From the NCBI GenBank assembly GCA_918797485.1, contig CAKKNE010000003.1, forward strand, positions 2,790,001-2,854,000: 64,000 nt of DNA, written 5' to 3'. Each line of letters begins with the position of its first letter. Position 1 is the stretch's first letter. The notes beneath the pieces were generated by a model. That model worked only from the letters and a program-made list of their open reading frames with translations. It did no database searches and had not been told where the DNA came from. Shown piece by piece: positions 31,123-40,824 of the stretch. The translations under genes and the position numbers were made by a program. This DNA is from Pelagomonas calceolata (lineage: Eukaryota).

Positions 31123-31318
31123 GGCTGCGCTCGGCGGCGTCCGGCGTCGGCCGGTCAAATGGCTTTTGGTCGCTTCCGCAGCGGCGGCGCGGCGTCGGGT
31201 GCGGCGCAGAGGTCGTGGGCGCTTTCGAGCAAACAAATGCTACGCTGAGATCGCTCGTATGTCCGCAAATACTACAGCTTGCCAAAAAAACCGCAGGCTC
31301 TCGATTATGTAATTTTTG

Positions 31319-31338
31319 TTAGGTTATAGAGATACTAG
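31319..31338. promoter_or_regulatory. Degenerate CTAG-box motif
   Basis: ttaggttatagagatactag between divergent genes. Confidence 0.25.
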
Positions 31339-31488
31339 AATTAGCGCTGCTCTCGTGAAGTGCTCTCCCGGCCAATCTCTGGCACGAGGCAGGCAGAAAT
31401 TAGTAAGGGAAGTCCAGGCCCCCTCTGTCGAGGAGCGGAACCGGACGGGGCAGCCCGCGGCCCGACCAAGGACACGAACAGACATAAC

Positions 31489-32661
31489 ATGCGCCGCCGC
31501 GGCCGCTGCGTCTGCGGCAACCCCGACTGCGACTGGCAGCCCGTCCCCGGCGGCCCCGGCCACCCACCTAGAGAGCGTGACCGGCAACAAGACGACAGCC
31601 AGGCTTGGGATGAAGAGGTGCGGCGCTTCTGGACGCCGGGCGCGCGCATCTCCGACCCCTTCGCTTCACAAAGTCAATCCCAGTCGCGCCGCTCGTCTTT
31701 ATCAGGACCGGTCGGTTCCTTCTCGAGGACCTTAACCCTGGCGTCGAAGAGCAACGGCCAAACCACAGAACTCTGTTTCGACGAATACAACGAAGAGGCT
31801 GTCGTCGTCAAGAGCTACTCGAGGGATCGGTGCTACCCGGCGGCTGTGGTTGCGGAGCGGGACGCTCTTAGACAAGTAAACCACCCCTTGATCGCTTCTT
31901 TGGTACGAACCGCGAAGGACGATGCTAGGATTTATATCGTCACGTCTGCCGCATTAGGAGGCCCTCTATACAAGCATATAAGGGCCGCGAATGGCTTCCA
32001 GCCGGAGCGCGCGTTGTATTACGCGGCGCAGACGGCCGACGCCTTGGCGCATTGCCACGAGTGGGGCGTGCTCCACAGGGACGTCAAGGCCTCGAACGTG
32101 GTCTTGGACGGCGATGGACGAGCTGTGTTGGTCGACTTTGGCGCGACGGGGGTCTTCGATCGCGACCGCCCGCCAGGCGTCGACGGCGAACCGAAGCGCG
32201 AGACGTACTGCGGCACGCCTCACGCCATGGCGCCCGAAATGGTCACGCGTTCAGGCCACGGGTGTGGGGTGGACTGGTGGTCTCTTGGGGTATTGTTGGT
32301 GGAGATGTTGAAAGTTGATTGGCCTTTCTCGGACGACGACCCTAATGAGTTGTTGAGGAAGATCCGTGGAGATGACGAGCCGAATTTGGACGGTATTAGT
32401 GACGAGGGCGCGTTGGCCGTGATCGACGCTTTGCTGACGAAGAGAAAACCGAAGAAGCGGCGGATCCTGGCGGAAAGAGCGTATGTGGGAGGCACGGCGG
32501 TGTTCAGCCAGGACGTCTGGAAGATTTCGCTCGTCAGTCCGCCGCCGCGCTTCGCTCCTGAATTAGGACACCTGGGCTGGCTCGACGGCGCGTCCGACGT
32601 CGATCCGTCGTCGCCCGTGCGCGGCGGCGACGACGACGACGACCCGTGGGCGGGCTTCTGA
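31489..32661 (+). CDS. AGC/PKA-like Ser/Thr protein kinase
   Basis: VVVK, HRDVKASN, DFG, TYCGTPHAMAPE, DWWSLGV. Confidence 0.9.
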   Translation: MRRRGRCVCGNPDCDWQPVPGGPGHPPRERDRQQDDSQAWDEEVRRFWTPGARISDPFASQSQSQSRRSSLSGPVGSFSRTLTLASKSNGQTTELCFDEYNEEAVVVKSYSRDRCYPAAVVAERDALRQVNHPLIASLVRTAKDDARIYIVTSAALGGPLYKHIRAANGFQPERALYYAAQTADALAHCHEWGVLHRDVKASNVVLDGDGRAVLVDFGATGVFDRDRPPGVDGEPKRETYCGTPHAMAPEMVTRSGHGCGVDWWSLGVLLVEMLKVDWPFSDDDPNELLRKIRGDDEPNLDGISDEGALAVIDALLTKRKPKKRRILAERAYVGGTAVFSQDVWKISLVSPPPRFAPELGHLGWLDGASDVDPSSPVRGGDDDDDPWAGF

Positions 32662-32759
32662 CGATCCCCCCCCCGCATAAGTTCAAGACATGAATAGATA
32701 CACGCGGGCCCGGCGTCGGGGACGGCTCGGCGGCCTAGCTCTAAGCAGATACATGAAAT

Positions 32760-34286
32760 TCACTTACTACACTTGAGCTGCTCGAACGCGTTCGATAGGC
32801 GCGCTCGCACGCGCGCGAGCTGCTTCTCGACGACGGCGCGCGCCTTTTCTCTAGCTTGCATCGCCTCGCGTTCGAGACCGTCGCGCAGCGCGGGCACGTC
32901 TTCCCTAGAGTCGCAGTCGAGGAAGAGGTCATCAGAGCCCTGGGACGTCGCGGACCGGACCCGCAATCGGTGCTTGCGTCCCCCCACCGCTACGACCGCT
33001 TCCACGGCCACGAGGGAAATCGCGCCGCCCTCTCCCGCGTCATTTTCCAACGGCGCCGACCACTCCAGGTGCCCCCTCCTTAAGGTAACGCGGCGGCGGC
33101 ACGGCGGGCCGCCCGTCGCCATGCCGCCCAAGCACAGCACCGTGCCATTTATCAGTCGCGCTACAACATCATCATCATCACCGTCGCCCGACGGCAACAC
33201 ATCTAGTTTAGGTTCGAACGTGTCCACGGACGCCGGCGAGTTATCATCATCCTCACAAAACGACTCGCCGTCGCCCGACGGCAGCGCCGCGTAGCGGGCC
33301 GGGTCCGGCGGCGGCGGCTCCGCGAAGCTGCAGAACGACACGCCGTCGCCGGAGGGCAACGTCCCGTACCTCGAATGCTGCGGCGTCTGGGGGGTCGGCG
33401 GCTGCGGCATCTGATACACATCATCCTCGCAGAACGAGATGCCGTCGCCGCTCGGCAGCCCCTTGGGTATCATGGGGACGACCGGCTTCACCGGCGTCTT
33501 GTCGTCCAGTTTTTCGGCGAAGCGGACCCTCCTTCGAGGCTTGTCCGCCGTCTTGCGCGAGCCTATCGAAACTTGCGGCCCGAGCGTCGGCGTCTCGTCG
33601 CCGCTGTCGTCGAGGTAGCCCGAGGCCTGCTCCTCGAAGGCGACCGCGGGGCGGCCGGGCGGCGTCGGTGGCGTCGGCTCGAAGGGCAGCTCGTCCTCGG
33701 CCGCGGGCGCGCCGCCGCCTTCAACTGTTTTCGGCCCCGGTGAATGCGCCGCCTCATAAGCAGCGCGCGCGCGCAGGCCGTCCGACACCCTTTTCGCCGC
33801 CGCCGCGCACCGCGCGACGCGCCAGAGCTCGCGCGACTGAGATGCGGCGGTCCGCGCCACGACGGCGCCGGCTTGCTTGCCCGCTTTCACCGAGGCGTCG
33901 CCCAGCGAGTCCAGGCCCCGGCGGATCTTTGCCTCTCGGGGCGCGAGGAAGCCCTCGAGCGCCACATACAAGTCGTCGCAGAGGTTCGTGGTCGCGAGGC
34001 GCTCCGCCACCAGGAACCGGAGGACGGCCAAACCAAGCACGCGCGCGTCGCCGCCCGTGAGCGTGAGCGCCCCATAGAAAAAGCGGCCGAGGGCCGACGC
34101 CTCGAGCGCGAGCAGCGGGCCGGCGACGCACCAGTACCTCAGCCAGCTCCGCGCGCGGCGCCGGTCCGCGCCGTCGGCGCCGACGGCGCAGCGGACCGTG
34201 ACGAGCGCGGGTAGTAGCACTGATGCTGCGAAGGTCGCGTGCGCGAGCGCGGCGGCCAGGCGCAGGGCGAGGGGAGGGTGGTCCAT
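32760..34286 (-). CDS. Protein with an N-terminal TB2/DP1/HVA22 (REEP)-like membrane domain, LPSGDG repeats and a C-terminal PH-like domain
   Basis: WLRYWCV motif and hydrophobic hairpins; 4x LPSGDG; beta-rich region then helix (DLFLDCDSREDV..LRDGL). Confidence 0.6.
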   Translation of the reverse strand: MDHPPLALRLAAALAHATFAASVLLPALVTVRCAVGADGADRRRARSWLRYWCVAGPLLALEASALGRFFYGALTLTGGDARVLGLAVLRFLVAERLATTNLCDDLYVALEGFLAPREAKIRRGLDSLGDASVKAGKQAGAVVARTAASQSRELWRVARCAAAAKRVSDGLRARAAYEAAHSPGPKTVEGGGAPAAEDELPFEPTPPTPPGRPAVAFEEQASGYLDDSGDETPTLGPQVSIGSRKTADKPRRRVRFAEKLDDKTPVKPVVPMIPKGLPSGDGISFCEDDVYQMPQPPTPQTPQHSRYGTLPSGDGVSFCSFAEPPPPDPARYAALPSGDGESFCEDDDNSPASVDTFEPKLDVLPSGDGDDDDVVARLINGTVLCLGGMATGGPPCRRRVTLRRGHLEWSAPLENDAGEGGAISLVAVEAVVAVGGRKHRLRVRSATSQGSDDLFLDCDSREDVPALRDGLEREAMQAREKARAVVEKQLARVRARLSNAFEQLKCSK

Positions 34287-34449
34287 TTTGCTGCTGAAAT
34301 ATGGCCGGCTCTTTACAGCGGTGCTCTGGCCCTGACAGATCTAACTTTGTCACCGCAGCGGGCAGACGCACTGCGAATAACGCTGTTCAGCGCGCGCGCG
34401 GCGCCAGAGCATGCGCTGGCGCCGCTGCGCTTGGCCGACTAAAAATCCG

Positions 34450-34473
34450 AGCTAGCGGTCTGTAACATACTAG
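34450..34473. promoter_or_regulatory. CTAG-box intergenic motif
   Basis: agctagcggtctgtaacatactag in a tandem interval. Confidence 0.7.
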
Positions 34474-34545
34474 AAGCACGCTTTCGACGCGAGCAACAGA
34501 CGCATACACCACTGAACTAGACTGTACAACACCACATTAGTCAGA

Positions 34546-35184
34546 TCAAGCGACGCGCACACCCCGCGCCGCGCCCGCCGCCTCGACGAGTGCGCGCGTC
34601 CGCTTCGCATACCTTTCGAACAACTGCGGATCGGCGGGCACGCCGTCGTCGCCCTTGCGGAACATGACCGCCAAGTTGTGGCAGGCCGGCGCGTGGCCGT
34701 CGGCGCACGCGGTCTCGAGGTAATCTTTCGCCTTCACGGCATTCCTGGAGGAACCCGGTCTCAATAAAGCACCGCCGAGCACGTGGCAGGCCTGGGCCAG
34801 GCCCTTCGTGCACGCTTTGTCCAGATGTTTCTTGCCCGTCCTTTCGTCGCCTCGACCGAACGCAAGCAGGCCGAGGTGGTGGCAGCTCGGCGCGTGTTCC
34901 AAATCGCAGCCCTTCTTTAGAACGCGTTCGCCGCCTTTCTCATCAGTAGAACCGCCCTTGCCGCCGAGCAACAACCTACCAAGAGCGAAGCACGACGCGC
35001 CGTGGCCCTTCCCACAATTGCGCTCGAACTGCTTCCTCGCTCCGACGTGGTCGTTCTTCACAACCGACAAAAACTCGCCGACGGCGTGGCAGGCGTCTCC
35101 TTGACCTTGACCGCGGTCGCAATCTAACTTAGCTGCTAGCATCCTTTCCTCGTACTGCGGTGGCAGGTCTTGGGTGAGCTCCAT
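34546..35184 (-). CDS. COA7: Cytochrome c oxidase assembly factor 7 (Cys-rich Sel1 repeats)
   Basis: ACHAVGEFL, NC..GHGASCFALG, KAC..ACH repeats, ACHNLAVMFRKGD. Confidence 0.78.
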   Translation of the reverse strand: MELTQDLPPQYEERMLAAKLDCDRGQGQGDACHAVGEFLSVVKNDHVGARKQFERNCGKGHGASCFALGRLLLGGKGGSTDEKGGERVLKKGCDLEHAPSCHHLGLLAFGRGDERTGKKHLDKACTKGLAQACHVLGGALLRPGSSRNAVKAKDYLETACADGHAPACHNLAVMFRKGDDGVPADPQLFERYAKRTRALVEAAGAARGVRVA

Positions 35185-35310
35185 TGTTGCGTAGCGATGT
35201 GTGCGAGCCGTGCAAGTTGTAGTAGTGATGCGTGAGGTCTGTACTAATGAGTTATAATGAACAGTGATGGCCTTGCAGCGATTTTATTAGGCTAATGCGG
35301 CCGGCAAGAG

Positions 35311-35334
35311 AGCTAGCTGCTGTAAGACACTAGC
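35311..35334. promoter_or_regulatory. CTAG-box intergenic motif
   Basis: agctagctgctgtaagacactagc. Confidence 0.75.
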
Positions 35335-35619
35335 CAGCATGCGGCCCGACGTCTCCCTCGGGCCGTCGAGGAGTCGTGCTAGGACAGATGCGCCTCCAAA
35401 GACCGGTCTTTGTACGCCTCACTCCTCTGCAAATTTCCTAACAAACTCCAAAACCCTAGGCCAAGCTGGCTTTTGTTTCTCCGCCGTGACAAATCGCAAC
35501 GCTGCCCAACCACGAGGCAGCCGCCGCTCGCATCGTTGGCGCACTCCGGACGCCATCGACGCAGCTCCGGACGCCGTTCGACGCGCCAGCTTGGCCACAG
35601 AGCAAAGCTGAGCAAGTAA

Positions 35620-37224
35620 ATGTCCACGGCCCGCACGCCGCTGGAGCAAGCCATGTTACTGGATGATCAAAAGGGCGAGGCGCGCATCAGCCCGCGCTTC
35701 GACACCATGGACCGCGGCGCGCCCGCCGGGAGGGCCGAAGACACCCCCGCGTACATCGCTTTACGAAGGGCCGGTGTTTTATGCACGGAGCACCGCCGCA
35801 AGGACATCGAGGACATCTTTACCGGTTTAGACCTCAAGCAGAACACGGACCAGTGGAAGAATATTGTAGCACGGGCGAAGAACTGTTGTTGTTTGGTGCC
35901 TTGTGCTTATTATGCCTGCCATACCGAAATGTTCGTGCCCGCGGGTCACGTTGGGTTCCTCATGGACCAGCAAAACCGCTACTTGTTCGCGCAGCCGGGC
36001 ATGCACAACATCAACTCCATGTTCATTCGCGTGACGAGTGAACCGAGGCCGCTGCGGGGCCACATCAAGCACGGCAATCGCACGATAGTAGTAGTGGATC
36101 AAGGGAGTATTGGCTACGCGTCGGACAACGGTCAGCCCGTATTACTCCCACCTGGTATACATGTCTGGACGTCCGAGAGTATGGATTTCGTGTCGCAATT
36201 TCATTTAAATGACCACATCATCGAACTCGGTCCTTATACCCTTGTTACCGTAAATGAGGGGTATTCGGCCGTGACCCAGAACAATGGGAAACAAGTCATA
36301 CTCGCGGGCGGGCATACGCACTTCCTCACCCATAAGAACTGGAAGTTCGAGAAATTTATAACCCTCAAAATCCAGACGGATGAGCTCGAGAGAATCCAAG
36401 CTACAAGTGCGGACAACATCAACATGTTGGTGAATTCTACGGTGAATTGGCGCATCGTTGATGTGGAGGTCGCGGCGACGATGGCGGCCGAGACGATGGC
36501 GCAGAGCGGCAAGGGCAAGATCGCCGCGGACATCTCGAAACTAAGGAGAGATGTTCTCAAACAAGCATTAGCTTCGTTGGCGGCGTTCATCGGCTCCGTG
36601 AACTACTCGGAGTCGTTCCACATGAGTGCGGCGGCGCAAGCTGCTGGAAGAGAGGCACCTGTCGCCGCCGCTACTCTCGTAGAAGAGACGCCCGCAACCG
36701 TCGGCGCCTTCGCGGACAACCCGCTCTACAACCTGGAGAAGATGGGCAGCGCGGTCGAGCACGCTAATAGTGTAACGAGGAGCTACGGCATCGAGATCAT
36801 GTCGATCAATATTATTTCAGCTGCTCCTGTTGATGATGCTTTGACTAAATCGTTAGCGTCTGGTGCGGTCGCGTCGGCCGAGGCCCTCATGGCCGAGACA
36901 ACCGCTAGAGGCCAGTCGCGCGCCGTGACCATCGCGGCGGAAGCCGACGCGGCGGCGTTACGCATCCGCGCCGAGGCCGACGCCGAAGCTGAAAAGCTGA
37001 GAGCCGAGGGCCGCGCGGAAGGCCTCAAGGCCGTCTCCGACGCGCTGACGGCGGCCGGCGGCGAGCAGGCCATGGTCCAGAACATCGCCGAGAAGTACAT
37101 CGCCTCGCTGAGCACGATGGCGAACACGGCGAACATGATCATCGTGCCCGACAAGCCCAACGACGTCTCGGGCGTCGTCACGACGGCGCTCGCGCTCGGC
37201 AAGCAGGTCGCGGCGAAGGCGTGA
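35620..37224 (+). CDS. SPFH/band-7 (stomatin-like) protein
   Basis: Repeated xPGxH N-terminal units, TSADNI..VNWRIVD, YGIEIMSINI, AEA-rich coiled coil, stomatin-like C-terminus IAEKYI. Confidence 0.8.
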   Translation: MSTARTPLEQAMLLDDQKGEARISPRFDTMDRGAPAGRAEDTPAYIALRRAGVLCTEHRRKDIEDIFTGLDLKQNTDQWKNIVARAKNCCCLVPCAYYACHTEMFVPAGHVGFLMDQQNRYLFAQPGMHNINSMFIRVTSEPRPLRGHIKHGNRTIVVVDQGSIGYASDNGQPVLLPPGIHVWTSESMDFVSQFHLNDHIIELGPYTLVTVNEGYSAVTQNNGKQVILAGGHTHFLTHKNWKFEKFITLKIQTDELERIQATSADNINMLVNSTVNWRIVDVEVAATMAAETMAQSGKGKIAADISKLRRDVLKQALASLAAFIGSVNYSESFHMSAAAQAAGREAPVAAATLVEETPATVGAFADNPLYNLEKMGSAVEHANSVTRSYGIEIMSINIISAAPVDDALTKSLASGAVASAEALMAETTARGQSRAVTIAAEADAAALRIRAEADAEAEKLRAEGRAEGLKAVSDALTAAGGEQAMVQNIAEKYIASLSTMANTANMIIVPDKPNDVSGVVTTALALGKQVAAKA

Positions 37225-37309
37225 CTTGTGTGCTTTTCTTTCCCCCCTGCCCCCCCCCCCGCTGCCCCCGCTGCTAAGATTGATTTTTGCTTTACGTTTT
37301 GTGCGGTGC

Positions 37310-38494
37310 TTAGGACCCGTCCAGTAAATTCACAGCGGCCACCGCCTCGCAGACAGAGGTCACGCAGTCACCTTCGCGGGCGGCGAGCGCGGCCCCCGCG
37401 TCTCGCAGGGCATTCTCAATTCCTTCTGTGGTCGGATGTGCGCCGCCTAGCACGCGCCGCGCGATCCGTCCCGCGTCCTCGAGCGTCGACACGCCCTCGC
37501 TGACATCGTCGAGCGTGGCACTGGGGTCACAGCAGAGCGCCAGCGCATAATTCCACCTCATTTTGAGCGTGATTCTATGTTCTTCTCTGAGAACGCGTCG
37601 CGCCACGGGCATCGTTTTGCGTAGCAACGCCTTGGCTTCTTCGGAGCGCTTGAGAGTAAGAAGGGACTTCGCGTAGTTGTTGGCTGCTGAGAGGACATTA
37701 TTATCTTCTTCACCAAAGAGCTTTAATCCTCCGGCGTATGCCTCTCGCCGCAAGCACATGGCCTGGTCAAGCCGTCCAAGCGCCTGATACGTGCTCGCAA
37801 GATTAGTCTGCGCGACGAATATGTCGCTATTGTCTGAACCGCCAATTCGCCGCATCATGGACAACTCGGCCTCCATCACCGACGCCGCGTCCGCGTGGTG
37901 TTCCGCACTGTATAAACCGCCCCCAAGCAGGTTCATCGCAGTTCGCCGAAGCTTGTCTGTCTCCGGCCGACCCAAGTATGTCTTCCAGCACGCCCACCCG
38001 AGCGCGCACCGTACGACCGTGTGATAATCTTGCTCGCACAGGCTACACGTGTACCACCGCGCCCACCTCGGCACAAACTTATCAGAGCCCAAAAAATTAT
38101 TTTCCTCGGCCTCCGCGACCAAAATCTTCACCTGCTCTGCCAAGCACGACACGTGCGCGAAGCCCGCCGTCCCGCGGCACGAGCACCCGCGCACGAGGCC
38201 CTCTTTCGTCTTCCAATGGAGGGCCTGCGTGCAGATGTAGCACGTCTGGCCCTTTGTGTCGTCGGCGCACGCCTCCGCCGCGCGCGTTACGGCCTCCGTG
38301 TACTTCTTATTTGCGTTGTACTGTTCCGCGCCACCAGAGCGCTTTATTTTCTTGCAGAGCTGGTCGTGCCCGCCTTCTTTCCAGTGCTGCACCTGGCATT
38401 CGGGGCCACAGTAGCGCGTGCTGCAGCGGCCGCATTTCTTGCCCAAGGATAAACCAAGGTCGGTGGCGCAGACGGCGCACTGCGTGAGGATCAT
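37310..38494 (-). CDS. MYND + RING-variant + TPR protein, paralog B
   Basis: N-terminal ~130 aa nearly identical to the gene at 11420-12547. Confidence 0.85.
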   Translation of the reverse strand: MILTQCAVCATDLGLSLGKKCGRCSTRYCGPECQVQHWKEGGHDQLCKKIKRSGGAEQYNANKKYTEAVTRAAEACADDTKGQTCYICTQALHWKTKEGLVRGCSCRGTAGFAHVSCLAEQVKILVAEAEENNFLGSDKFVPRWARWYTCSLCEQDYHTVVRCALGWACWKTYLGRPETDKLRRTAMNLLGGGLYSAEHHADAASVMEAELSMMRRIGGSDNSDIFVAQTNLASTYQALGRLDQAMCLRREAYAGGLKLFGEEDNNVLSAANNYAKSLLTLKRSEEAKALLRKTMPVARRVLREEHRITLKMRWNYALALCCDPSATLDDVSEGVSTLEDAGRIARRVLGGAHPTTEGIENALRDAGAALAAREGDCVTSVCEAVAAVNLLDGS

Positions 38495-38538
38495 CTCTTG
38501 TGAACAAAACGCGACGGGGGCAGCCCTACTCGAGTAAG

Positions 38539-38563
38539 GCTAGTGCCTTACAGGACGCTAGCT
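38539..38563. promoter_or_regulatory. CTAG-box intergenic motif (reverse orientation)
   Basis: gctagtgccttacaggacgctagct. Confidence 0.75.
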
Positions 38564-38759
38564 CTATGTTTTTGCGTCCACCGCCCGTAGCCATCGCTGG
38601 TTGATTGTTTGCGGGTGCTATCGGCATCTCGGACGTCGCTCATAACTTGCGCAAGCCGCGGCGATCGCTGCTTGACCGGCGCGTTACACTAGGCGTAGGT
38701 CCCCACTGAGTGGCCCTCACCACTGGCTGAATAAGCGCGAGGACACGCGGCGGGGAAAG

Positions 38760-39668
38760 ATGAGCCTCTCGAACCGCAACAACAACACCAAGACGGACTA
38801 CGCGTCCATCGAGGGTGGATATGATGGGAGCCCGCGGCCGCCGCGGCGCACCGACAGCGTCATGGACAAGCTCCACCAATTGCCGCAGCGCTACTTCAGC
38901 CCGGCGGCGTCGCGCCAGCAGGTCTGCGCCTATATACTGTCCGCTTGCTTATTTCTCTCGACAACATGCATCGTGCTCTTCGAGCCGTGGCTGCGGCCGG
39001 CCTGCGACGAGGCCTTGGTGGATGCGATCTTCCCGAAGCACGACGCGCCCTTCGTCAATCCCCACTACGACCCGGGCTGCCGGAACGTGCGCTACATCCA
39101 ACTTTTGAATTTGACGCAGCGCGAGTGCGACCTCGGGCGACGCATCTTATTCTCGATCCTGTGCGGCGGCGCCGTCGGTTACGAGAGGAGGAGGGGAGAT
39201 AGACCAGCGGGCATTCGGACCATGGCGCTGGTGGCGCTCGGCGCCTGCATCTTCACGATCACGTCCCTCCTCGCCTTCGAGGACGGCCCGATGGCCTGGG
39301 ACTCGTCGCGCGTCGCGGCGGCCATCCCGTCGGGCGTCGGTTTTCTGGGCGCGGGCCTCATCTGGAAGGCCTCGACCAAGACGGGCCGCGGCACGGAGCA
39401 GCAGCACGTCCACGGCATCACGACGGCAGCCTCCACCTGGGTCTCCGCGGCGATCGGCGTCGCGGCCGGTGGGGCCATGTACTTCGTCGCTTTTTTTTCG
39501 GTCCTCACTTTGCTGTTTGTGTTGCGGTTTGGGCCGCGCGCCAGGGACATCCAGGGCTCGGAGCCCGAGGCGTCGGGGTCGGAGAATGATCTGGTGGAGC
39601 TCGAACGGCGGCGCGAGGGCGGGGGCTGCTTTGCCGTGCCGCCGCCGCGGACGACGTACCACGCTTGA
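38760..39668 (+). CDS. MgtC/SapB-family membrane protein
   Basis: GGAVGYER..RPAGIRTMALVALGA, SRVAAAIPSGVGFLGAGLI, HGITTAASTW. Confidence 0.9.
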   Translation: MSLSNRNNNTKTDYASIEGGYDGSPRPPRRTDSVMDKLHQLPQRYFSPAASRQQVCAYILSACLFLSTTCIVLFEPWLRPACDEALVDAIFPKHDAPFVNPHYDPGCRNVRYIQLLNLTQRECDLGRRILFSILCGGAVGYERRRGDRPAGIRTMALVALGACIFTITSLLAFEDGPMAWDSSRVAAAIPSGVGFLGAGLIWKASTKTGRGTEQQHVHGITTAASTWVSAAIGVAAGGAMYFVAFFSVLTLLFVLRFGPRARDIQGSEPEASGSENDLVELERRREGGGCFAVPPPRTTYHA

Positions 39669-39757
39669 ATTCATTGACATAAAAATGTTTGAAGATTACT
39701 AGAGCGACGATATCTTCTTGCGGACGACGTACCACGCGTAAATTCAATGACATACAC

Positions 39758-40459
39758 TTAAAACGAAGAGAGCTTCCTGCGGAACCACGTCCCGGCGAGG
39801 CCCCGCGCGTCGCGCGCGCCGGGCTCGACGGGCACGCGGTCGAAGCCCACGCCGCTCCAGAACGGCAGCGCGCGCTCGTCGACGACGCGCGCATACAAAT
39901 AATCGTCCTCGTCCGACACGAACTCGCGCCACGCCCGCCAGGACGCGTCCGTCTTGAGGCGCTCCGCGACGGCGTCGACGATGGCGCGGCCGGCGCCGTA
40001 GCGCCGCGCCCGCGGCGCCACGGCCACGTTCGCCACGGTGGGCACGTCCGGCGCGCGGAAGGACACATCATCAATATCGACGCCGCGCCAGGCGGCCGAC
40101 GCCTCGGTGGCCGCCGTGCCCGCGGCGCCCTTGAATCCCGGTGGTGCTGGCAACAAACCCACCTCGGCGCAGCCGACGACGTCGCCCCTCCGTCCATTAA
40201 CCTCCGCGACCACCAACGAGTGCGGCACCAAATCGCCGCCGCGCATGCCCTCGAACCGCTGCGCTATCGTCGCGGCCCACTGCAAGCGTACGACCGGCGC
40301 CGGATCGTCGTAGAACGACTGCGCCGCGACGCCGGCGATGGCCCAGGCGTCGAGGAGGCGCGCGTCGCGGCAGACGACGGGTGTGCGCGTTCTGTCTGGC
40401 GCGAGTGCTCCAGCGGTGTGGATCGTGATCAGCCAGAGAGCTGTAACGCGAGGATGCAT
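39758..40459 (-). CDS. GNAT acetyltransferase with a signal-like leader
   Basis: VVGCAEV, VANVAVAPRARRYGAGRAIV acetyl-CoA motif A, FWSGVGF. Confidence 0.75.
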   Translation of the reverse strand: MHPRVTALWLITIHTAGALAPDRTRTPVVCRDARLLDAWAIAGVAAQSFYDDPAPVVRLQWAATIAQRFEGMRGGDLVPHSLVVAEVNGRRGDVVGCAEVGLLPAPPGFKGAAGTAATEASAAWRGVDIDDVSFRAPDVPTVANVAVAPRARRYGAGRAIVDAVAERLKTDASWRAWREFVSDEDDYLYARVVDERALPFWSGVGFDRVPVEPGARDARGLAGTWFRRKLSSF

Positions 40460-40676
40460 CGTTATGTGATGCGCACCGTCAGCTTGAATCGCGCAATGCA
40501 ATCGCGCAGCAATGCAGTATTTTGAATCCAGCGAGAGCACCAATGCGATTATCGCGTGTGGAAGCGCGCAGCCCGATCCTGCCGCCGCAATACCTCGTCT
40601 TCAATGCCCCGCTGTCCTGCTAGTTGCAATAGTATCAACTGCAGGCGAAATGCTGCAGCGACTCTAAGTTTTCGGT

Positions 40677-40699
40677 GCTAGCTGTAGTAAGACACTAGC
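40677..40699. promoter_or_regulatory. CTAG-box intergenic motif
   Basis: gctagctgtagtaagacactagc. Confidence 0.75.
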
Positions 40700-40824
40700 C
40701 AGCTCTCTGAGGCCTAGCCCCTGGATCTAGCCACTATCAGGCACTTCGGGAGACGCCTTTCTACGTCTGTCATTGATTATAAATTTAGGAGAGCCGCGGA
40801 CCTCGCGGAAATCGTGTTAAAGGC

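Noticed and set aside
38760..39668. MgtC and HTTM-like genes as a recent bacterial insertion or contamination
   Set aside because: Same composition as neighbours, flanked by the host CTAG-box, and no operon structure; transfer cannot be judged without phylogeny
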